NCBI GenBank assembly: GCA_001661245.1
Contig: KV454012.1
Span: 1-64,000 of the forward strand
DNA from: Pachysolen tannophilus NRRL Y-2460
Lineage: Eukaryota
DNA: 64,000 nucleotides
Direction of reading: 5' to 3'
A program made the position numbers and the translations under genes. The notes under the pieces were generated by a model. The model saw only the letters and a program-made list of their open reading frames with translations. It ran no database searches and was not told the DNA's origin. Shown in pieces: positions 56,143 to 64,000 of this stretch; position 1 is the first letter of the stretch, and each line of letters opens with the position of its first letter.

Positions 56143-57663
56143 ATGAAAGCGGTGCTAAGACTAGCCAAGAGATCATGTGCCACCAGTGTTATATTTAAGA
56201 GATGTATAAATACAGAGAGTGTATCATCTGCTTTAAAGTTTTTGTCTGGTTACATAGAATTGAAAGATGAATCATTTGTGAAAGAACTGAGTTCACCAAT
56301 ATTACAAAATTTGAAGAAAAGAGGGTTGATAGAGCAAATCACAGATGAAGTGTCTCTAAATGATAAGTTATTGAAAAAAGAGAAGCTTTCACTTTATTGT
56401 GGAGCAGATCCGACTGCTCCTTCTTTACATATTGGTAATCTTTTACCCTTGATGGTTCTTTTACATTTCAACTTAAGAGGTCATGATATAGTAGGACTTG
56501 TCGGTGGAGCAACAGGTGCTGTAGGTGACCCTTCAGGTAGATCCAGTGCCAGGACTGCCATGAGAGATGATGTAAGAAATGATAACACTGAAAAAATCAA
56601 GATGCAATTGAGTAATTTTTTAAAAACTGGTGTTAAAATTGCCAAGAGTAGGAATCCTGGTTTTCCAAGAAAAGGTGATACACAAATCGTTAATAATCAT
56701 TTGTGGTGGAAAGATGTTAACATGTTACAATTTTTAGCAGACTATGGACCACATATTAGAGTTGGAACTATGCTTGCTAGAGATTCAGTCAAGTCAAGAT
56801 TAGATACTACTTCTGGTTTAGGGTTTAATGAATTTACCTACCAAATCTTACAAGCATTTGATTTCCATTATTTGAACAAGACATTAGGAGTTAATATTGA
56901 AGTTGGTGGAAATGATCAGTATGGTAATATTATTGCTGGAATTGATTTAATAACTAGAATTGGGAAACAGGATTTAAACCATCAAAAATTTAAAAATCAT
57001 GTTTATGGTTTAACAGTTCCATTATTAACTACTTCTGATGGTCAAAAATTTGGTAAAAGTGCTGGAAATGCAATTTTTATTGATAAAGATTTAACATCAT
57101 CTTATGAATTATTTCAATTTTTAATTAATGTTGAAGATGATGATGTTGGGAAATTTTTATATAAATTTTCCTTTTTACCAATTGATTTAATTAACAATTT
57201 ATTAGAAAGACATTTTGAAAATAAAAGATTAAGAATTGCACAAAAATTTCTTGCAATTGAATTATGTGATTTAATTCATGGTGATGGTTGTGGTTTAAAT
57301 AATTTGATTATTTCTGATTTTTTATTCTCAGATAATGATAATAATAAGTTTCCAACTTCTGAAGTTATAAAAGCTTTCAAAGAACAAAAATTATTATTAC
57401 AAATGACTTCAGATGAATTAGATCAAATTGAAATTTATAAATTATTAACAAATATCAAATCTAAAAATCAATCCAATAATAATCTTTATACAAATAAGGA
57501 TTTGAAAAGATTAATATCTGGTGGTGGAGTATATATTGGCTTTAAAAGAGAACAATTTAAATCATTAGATGATAAAATAGATTTGAAAAAGCATTTACTA
57601 GATGATAAATTATTAATTATTAGATTAGGAAAGAAAGATTATCATTTAATAGAACTTGTATAA
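56143..57663 (+). CDS. MSY1: Mitochondrial tyrosyl-tRNA synthetase
   Basis: LYCGADPTAPSLHIGN (HIGH-like), VGDPSGR, EFTYQILQAFDF, GGNDQYGNI, KFGKSAGNA. Confidence 0.95.
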   Translation: MKAVLRLAKRSCATSVIFKRCINTESVSSALKFLSGYIELKDESFVKELSSPILQNLKKRGLIEQITDEVSLNDKLLKKEKLSLYCGADPTAPSLHIGNLLPLMVLLHFNLRGHDIVGLVGGATGAVGDPSGRSSARTAMRDDVRNDNTEKIKMQLSNFLKTGVKIAKSRNPGFPRKGDTQIVNNHLWWKDVNMLQFLADYGPHIRVGTMLARDSVKSRLDTTSGLGFNEFTYQILQAFDFHYLNKTLGVNIEVGGNDQYGNIIAGIDLITRIGKQDLNHQKFKNHVYGLTVPLLTTSDGQKFGKSAGNAIFIDKDLTSSYELFQFLINVEDDDVGKFLYKFSFLPIDLINNLLERHFENKRLRIAQKFLAIELCDLIHGDGCGLNNLIISDFLFSDNDNNKFPTSEVIKAFKEQKLLLQMTSDELDQIEIYKLLTNIKSKNQSNNNLYTNKDLKRLISGGGVYIGFKREQFKSLDDKIDLKKHLLDDKLLIIRLGKKDYHLIELV

Positions 57664-57695
57664 AGTAAAAATAAAAATTAGATTAAAATATTAAA

Positions 57696-58109
57696 TTATC
57701 CGCTTCCTTTAGAATGCCTAAATAACTTCATACTAATCCAACTTATAATACACCATATCCAAAGAATGACAAAATTTAAGAAAAAACTGTATACATAATA
57801 ATGTTTCAATACCATCATGTTTTTCTCTTTAAAGTTATCACTATTATTAAAATCATCAGAGAAACACCAATCATATAGATTAAATATATATCCAAAACTT
57901 ATCACAAATACAAGCCATGCCAACACTATTATCATCACTCCATAACACTTTAAAGATATCTTGGACGTAATATACTTATCTACTAATGAATCATTATCTT
58001 TGTCAAAGTGGCTATTATATTTTCTCTTGTTATAATAAACCGATGAAGATGAATTTTTCTTCTTGATTAACGGCAAGGGCCTCCTGATGCTAGCATTATA
58101 TATATTCAT
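57696..58109 (-). CDS. PIG-Y / Eri1-like subunit of GPI-GlcNAc transferase
   Basis: First ATG at 58109, 137 aa. Two TM segments and the C-terminal YY...WIWCIISWISMKLFRHS pattern. Lies between MSY1 and PNG1, as ERI1 does in S. cerevisiae. Confidence 0.7.
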   Translation of the reverse strand: MNIYNASIRRPLPLIKKKNSSSSVYYNKRKYNSHFDKDNDSLVDKYITSKISLKCYGVMIIVLAWLVFVISFGYIFNLYDWCFSDDFNNSDNFKEKNMMVLKHYYVYSFFLNFVILWIWCIISWISMKLFRHSKGSG

Positions 58110-58337
58110 TATTAGTAGCCATCTGCTACCCTCCTCCAAATATCTCTTCTCTCACGTAATATATAGCGTAGCGTTGATTTAATAACGTTGATTCAATATT
58201 TAATATTAAATGTGTTGATATTTTTTTACAAGTTAATAAAAAGAAAAATTAAAACCTAATAGATTTTATAAAATATATATAAATAATTAAATAATTAAAT
58301 AAATAAACGATTTACTAATGGATCAATATAAGTTATT

Positions 58338-59432
58338 ATGAATATGGAAATACCTAGAGAAAGGCTACTGGAATTGGCTACAACTTTGCGGATGGAGTTT
58401 ATAAATAGTGAGAAAAGAAGGATTCAAAAATTTCTTGATGAGAACTCTAGGATCTTTGAGTTAACAAGAACAAATAGTTTGGTAAGATCAGTGGTAAATC
58501 TTTCACTTAATGTCTTACCAACTTATAAAGATACTTTTAATCAGGAAAAGGCGTTAGATGTATTGGATTATAATATTTATAGTAATGTTGATAAGAGAGA
58601 ATTGGAAGGAAAGCAAAAGGGGGAGGAGAATGGTGGTAATAAATTAGGTTATACAGATTATTTGGTATTAGAATTATTACGTTGGTTTAAAGAAGAATTT
58701 TTCACTTGGATTAATAAACCACCATGTGAAATCTGTTTTAATAATGATCAAAATAAGATTCAACTAATTCGTCATGTTCTGCCATCGAATCTGAATGAAT
58801 TGAATGGTAAGACATCAGTAGTTGAAATTTATAAATGTTTAAAATGTTCTTCTGAAATTAGATTTCCTCGTTATAATAATGTTCTGACTTTATTAGATAC
58901 AAGGAAAGGTCGTTGTGGAGAATGGAATAATTGTTTTTTAATATTTTTAAATGCATTAAACATTAAATCTAGATATTTATGGAATCAAGAAGATCATGTT
59001 TGGTGTGAATATTATTCTGAATCTATGGGTAGATGGATTCATATAGATTGTTGTGAAAATTCATTTGATAATCCATTATTATATAATAGAGGATGGGGGA
59101 AAAAAATGAGTTATGTGATTGCTATAGGAGATGATTATATTATTGATGTTAGTGATAAATATATTCAAATTGAAAATAACAAAATTTCAAGAAATAAAAT
59201 AAGTGAACTGGATTTAAAAAAATTTATAAATTGTTTTAATTTCAAAAAATGGTTAAATTTAAAAGATGATGAAAAATTTTATAAGATTTTTTGCAATTAT
59301 AATATTGAACTTAGACAATTGCAAAATAAAGATAATAATAGTACTCTGACAAGTAGTTTAAAATTTTTAAAACCAAGAGAAAGTGGGAAAGGTTTATGGA
59401 CAAAACAGAGAGGTGAAGATGGGTCGTCATAA
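58338..59432 (+). CDS. PNG1: Cytoplasmic peptide:N-glycanase
   Basis: LLRWFKEEFFTWINKP, CxxC pairs (CEIC, CLKC), RFPRYN, GRCGEW, EDHVWCEYY, WIHIDCCE, GWGKKMSY; the Cys-His-Asp triad is intact. Confidence 0.95.
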   Translation: MNMEIPRERLLELATTLRMEFINSEKRRIQKFLDENSRIFELTRTNSLVRSVVNLSLNVLPTYKDTFNQEKALDVLDYNIYSNVDKRELEGKQKGEENGGNKLGYTDYLVLELLRWFKEEFFTWINKPPCEICFNNDQNKIQLIRHVLPSNLNELNGKTSVVEIYKCLKCSSEIRFPRYNNVLTLLDTRKGRCGEWNNCFLIFLNALNIKSRYLWNQEDHVWCEYYSESMGRWIHIDCCENSFDNPLLYNRGWGKKMSYVIAIGDDYIIDVSDKYIQIENNKISRNKISELDLKKFINCFNFKKWLNLKDDEKFYKIFCNYNIELRQLQNKDNNSTLTSSLKFLKPRESGKGLWTKQRGEDGSS

Positions 59433-59693
59433 ACTGACTGTTATAATTATTTTGTTGAGGATAATTGAATTGAACTGAAATAAAAAAAAAAAGAAAATTG
59501 AAATAAAGGAAAAAGACTCATAGATGGAAAAATTAAGACACAAGGTACAATAGCATAATAATAATAATAATAATAAAATCATGAATTTGAAATTTTCAAA
59601 GTCATAAGCATAATAATACCTTACTTCTAAAGTATGGAAGAAAGAATTAACAAAAGAAAAAAAANAAAAAAAAAGTAACAAAAAGAAAAGAAT

Positions 59694-60578
59694 TCAAGAA
59701 TTAACCAGTGCCTCGATATCTTCTTTTGTACTTGTTGGTCTAATAGCACCAGGCATAAACCAAGGTTTTATGATGAAATAGCTATTTGAGTCATCAGCCA
59801 TACCAGCAAAAGCGTTATAAAAGCCTAATAGACCAGCTAAAAAGCAAAAAGCACCACCAGCTTTACTAACGTTTGTATTACCAGTATAAGTACCAATATC
59901 CAACAATAGGATAAAGAACCAAATGTCGAAAAATAACAAGAATAAAGCCCAAGTGGATTTAAAAGTACAAAGCCAAATTAAGATACCAAAAATAACATAA
60001 GCAGACAAGAATAAACCCATTGCACTATCAAATTCATCAGTAGTTGTATAAGCTGATTGTATTCCAAAAGCATCAGTTAATATAGCACCATAAGAGGTCC
60101 AAAATCCGAAAAAAATTAATAAAACTGTACCTGCCCAAGTATTTTCAACAATAAGGCACCAAATACCAGCAATACCTTCAACAATACCAGCAGAAAAGAA
60201 AAAAGCACCAACTAAAATAGATGGATTAGAAACACTTCTAGCACCTGCATCAATTAAACCCAAGGTAAAACAAGCCAATGAAAAAGCACATAAACCAGCA
60301 GGAACTGGATTACCAAATTTTCTTTCTGGAATAGTTTGAAGACCAGGATTTAAATTACCACCAAACGCATACATAAAATCATCTTTATTGATTGGAACAT
60401 CATTAATATAAATATTATGTTTATCATGATAAAATCTAGTTGCAGTACTATTCAGTCTTTCAGTTGTATGATCAGTAATCTTTTCAGTACTATTACCAGG
60501 ACTTAATTGATTATTGATATCATTTGGACCACCTGGGGAAATATTATTAGTATAAGCTGTTGCGGCGTCGTCAGACAT
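59694..60578 (-). CDS. Gpr1/Fun34/YaaH (ATO/Ady2) acetate/ammonium transporter, copy A
   Basis: 294 aa with YAFGGNLNPG, FGNPVPAGL, VENTW, FGFW, GFYNAFAG; six TM segments. Confidence 0.92.
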   Translation of the reverse strand: MSDDAATAYTNNISPGGPNDINNQLSPGNSTEKITDHTTERLNSTATRFYHDKHNIYINDVPINKDDFMYAFGGNLNPGLQTIPERKFGNPVPAGLCAFSLACFTLGLIDAGARSVSNPSILVGAFFFSAGIVEGIAGIWCLIVENTWAGTVLLIFFGFWTSYGAILTDAFGIQSAYTTTDEFDSAMGLFLSAYVIFGILIWLCTFKSTWALFLLFFDIWFFILLLDIGTYTGNTNVSKAGGAFCFLAGLLGFYNAFAGMADDSNSYFIIKPWFMPGAIRPTSTKEDIEALVNS

Positions 60579-62278
60579 TTCCGTTTCGCTAATTTTGTAA
60601 TAAAAAGAAAGATTACCAAGATATAATTGATCCTATAAGAGAGTGATTAATTTTCAACTGAATTTTTCCATCAACAAGATAAGAAAATAAAAAAAAAAAA
60701 AAAAAGATTATATTAATATATATATATATTTATATTATTATAATTTTGAATTATTTTCGATTACCTCATCTTAATTCAATTTCAAAACATATTATTTCTC
60801 TCCATTTCATATTCTCCATCTTTATATTTTTATTAAGAAAAATCGATCATTTACAAAATTACTGTCCACAAAAGAAGGAAGGAAGAATGGAAATATTCTA
60901 AAGAAGGAAGAAGGGATTTTAAAAGTTAAATAGTTTAAACTCTTTTAACTATTGTTTTATGATTCCATTTAGCCGCCAAAAGCAATTACATTTCTCTTGT
61001 ATAAAACCATAAAATAAAGAAAAAAGTTGTTTTGGTAAACATTGAATTGCTTTTAACCCTTCCAAGAGGGGTGGAGAGAGAGAGGGTGATTCAAATGATT
61101 TCTTTAAATGGTGTGGGGAATAATTATTTTCAAATTTTTCATTACTTGAATTCTTCGCATTTCCTAAAGAGGAAACACCAGGATTTTTTTGAATAATAAA
61201 ATGAAATAAAATGAAATAAAAATTAATTTTGTCCCGTACATAAAGAATAGATTGAGAAAATAGAAACTCCGAAGTTAAAAAGTGAAAAAAAGTGAAACAA
61301 ATGAAAAAAATGACATGTTAGTGTCCCATCTTGTTTGATATGAGTTAGGAAATAATTATCGTTTAAAAAAAAAAAAAAGAAAAAAAGAAAAAAAATTTTT
61401 TTTGGGAAAGTCATCTGTTCGCCGTACAAGGTCCGTACGTAGGGCTGAGTGATCATCTATAATTAAGTTTATGTGGTGCCTATAATACGTGTGGTGCGTA
61501 AAGTACTTGTATTACTTGTGGTGCGGTTAAATGGTTTTAGGTACCCTTCTTTCTTTTAAAGTCCGTAAAAAATTTAATTTTTTCTTTTCTTTCTTTTTTT
61601 TGCTTTTGCTAAAAAAAATTCTGCTTCCACTTCTGCAGTTTCTTAATGCACGGCTGTATCATGCCCGCAAAGTGAACAATTATTTCATAATATAGATCAG
61701 GCAAGTTTTTTTTTTTTTTTTTTTGGCTGGTAACTTTTATAGTTATGAGTTTAAAAATCCTTGGAAAGTGATGATTAATTTAGTACATATTTATGCGATT
61801 TAATGATGAATTAACTAAGATTTTTTGTTGGCTGCGCTTTACTCGTGCACATTTTTTTTTTTTTTTTTAATAAAACATCAGATTTATAAAAGCTTAATAC
61901 TAATAATAATAATAGTTTGTAAAAGTGTATATTTGTGTTTTTTTATTTCTTTTCTTTAAAGTTTTAATTCCGATTCCGATGCCCGAATAGTTAATAAATA
62001 CTTTTGTATAATGAAAAAAAAAATAGAACAACAACTTTTACTTAGTTTGATGAGCATTTCATAGCATGATTTTTATCAAAATTAGATTTGAAACAGTTAC
62101 CGTTAGAGACATCTTTCGATGTATCTATCCATCAATTTATCAATCTCTCGGTAAATATATAAATGTCTTTCAAGTACTTGATTCAATGTAAATTTTTTAT
62201 TTTATTTTATTTTATTTTCATTCAATTCAATTCAATTCATCATTTTTAGATATATAAATATTTTTTATAAATTACATA

Positions 62279-63163
62279 ATGGCTACTGACAATTCAACTG
62301 CTGATAACGACATTCATTCTGTCAAGAGTGATAATCAGGAAGGAGAAGATAAAGAATTTAATCCAGAAGATGATTATAGAAGTTTACCTAAAATTAATAA
62401 GACTCAAACAGGTGCTTCTACAATTCGTCTTGATAGAGATAATATTTATCTTAATGAAATTCCAATTCCAAAAGAAGATTTTCAAAATATGGTTTATGCA
62501 TTTGGTGGTACTTTAAATCCAGGTGCTAGAAGAGCTCCATTAAGAGAATTTGGTAATCCTGTTCCAGCTGGTTTATTTTGTTTTTCATTGACTTGTTTTA
62601 CTTTAGGTTTAATAGAATGTGGTGCAAGAGGTGTTACTGACCCTTCAATTTTAATTGGTTCATGTCTTTGTTCTTCTGGTTTAGTTTTATTTATTTGTGC
62701 TATTTGGTGTCTTATTGTTGAAAATACTTGGGGTTCTGTTGTTTTATTTGGTTTTGGTGGTTTTTGGAGTGCTTATGGTATTATATTATGTGATACTCTT
62801 TTCGGTGTTAGTTCTGCTTATGAAACAACTCAAGATTTTAATAATGCTGTTGGTTTATTATTTGCAGGTTATGTGATATTCTCATTTTTACTTTGGGTTT
62901 GTACTTTTAAATCAACAGTTCCATTTTTTCTATTATTTTTCTTTGTTTGGTTTTTCATATTATTATTGGATATTGGTATATTTACTGGTCATACAGGTGT
63001 TACTAAAGCTGGTGGTGTTTTTTGCTTTATCACAGGTATCTTAGGTTTTTATAATGCTTTTTCAGGTATGGCTGATAAAAGTAATAGTTATTTTGTTGTT
63101 CATCCTTGGTTCATGCCAGGTGCTGCAAAACCAAAAGATATTGAAATGGAAGAAAGATTATAA
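62279..63163 (+). CDS. Gpr1/Fun34/YaaH (ATO/Ady2) acetate/ammonium transporter, copy B
   Basis: 294 aa with YAFGGTLNPG, FGNPVPAGL, VENTW, GGFWS, GFYNAFSG; close paralogue of copy A. Confidence 0.92.
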   Translation: MATDNSTADNDIHSVKSDNQEGEDKEFNPEDDYRSLPKINKTQTGASTIRLDRDNIYLNEIPIPKEDFQNMVYAFGGTLNPGARRAPLREFGNPVPAGLFCFSLTCFTLGLIECGARGVTDPSILIGSCLCSSGLVLFICAIWCLIVENTWGSVVLFGFGGFWSAYGIILCDTLFGVSSAYETTQDFNNAVGLLFAGYVIFSFLLWVCTFKSTVPFFLLFFFVWFFILLLDIGIFTGHTGVTKAGGVFCFITGILGFYNAFSGMADKSNSYFVVHPWFMPGAAKPKDIEMEERL

Positions 63164-63605
63164 ATATTGTTATTTTTATAACAATATTTTACTTTTCTTT
63201 TATTAAATTTATTTAACCACTTTTTTATTTTTATTTTTTGTCCAAGAGACTCAACTACATATATACTTTCAGAATAATATTTTGTTTTTTTAAATCACAT
63301 TATAACTTCTTCCCAGTAATTTCATCTATTTAAGCACATTTCAAGTCTTTTCCTCACCAACATAGAAACATCTTAAACTTTTTACTGCTATAACTTCAAC
63401 AATCCGGGGTCAAATTGAAAACATCTATTTTTTTTCAAATGCATGATTATGCAAGTAAATCGTAGTAGAGAAGACACTAGATAACTAATTATCTATATCT
63501 ACCATCATTACAATCAAAAAAAAAGAACAAAAGAAAGAACTCAAATCAAACTTGAAACTACCCTTTTTTGAACTACCAACTTAAATAGAAAATAATATGT
63601 ATTTT

Positions 63606-63637
<32 letters not shown>

Positions 63638-64000
63638 ATCTGTATATAATAACAATCTTGTACATAGAAATAGAGATAATGCATGAAATAATAGTTAGTT
63701 ACTATTACATTATGAAGGCGAAAATATATATATATTAGGAGCGTGAGCGTGCTCGCGCGCACACAACTACTATCTATCAGTGCACACAATTTGGTACTAG
63801 CAAGTACAAGTACGCACTTTTCCTACCGCACTTTTAATCTCAAGTGCTGTACCGCATTTGACTTCGCACATAAGAGTTTTAAAAACTTATAAGCGCACGC
63901 CCACATATACGCATTATAGTGTTGTTAGTGTGTACGCAGATAGAAAAACTAGTAAAGAAAAAATTACCCCCACATGTGCGCATTGCCACACACAAAGAGC

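Noticed and set aside
59665..59665. Ambiguous base N
   Set aside because: Assembly uncertainty within a poly-A run; no biological meaning.

Overview
This is the left end of a chromosome from an AT-rich budding yeast (Saccharomycotina). It opens with ~320 bp of a 9-bp telomeric repeat (C-strand ACTCACACC; G-strand GGTGTGAGT), followed by a very short subtelomere. The accessory region (1.7-17.3 kb) holds a DUF924 gene, a GH92 alpha-1,2-mannosidase and a compact five-gene cluster: MFS transporter, intron-split Zn2Cys6 regulator, amidase, Dur3-like solute:sodium symporter and 2OG-Fe(II) dioxygenase. The cluster looks like an uncharacterised nitrogen-scavenging pathway. Core genes follow: IRE1, TFB6-like, a twin-CX9C protein, USO1, SCC4, TPS2, an arrestin, ATG21, MGR2, SEC62, DHR2, FMP30, ECM31, MSY1, ERI1/PIG-Y-like and PNG1. 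There are also two local duplications: tandem FAD amino-acid oxidases that lack the usual flavinylation Cys, and an inverted pair of ATO/Ady2 transporters. In-frame CTG codons fall at positions that are Ala or small residues in homologues, which suggests CUG is not read as Leu and points to the CUG-Ala clade (Pachysolen-like); if so, the supplied standard-code translations are wrong at those sites. All gene calls come from motif recognition and recalled homologue sequences; no database searches were run.
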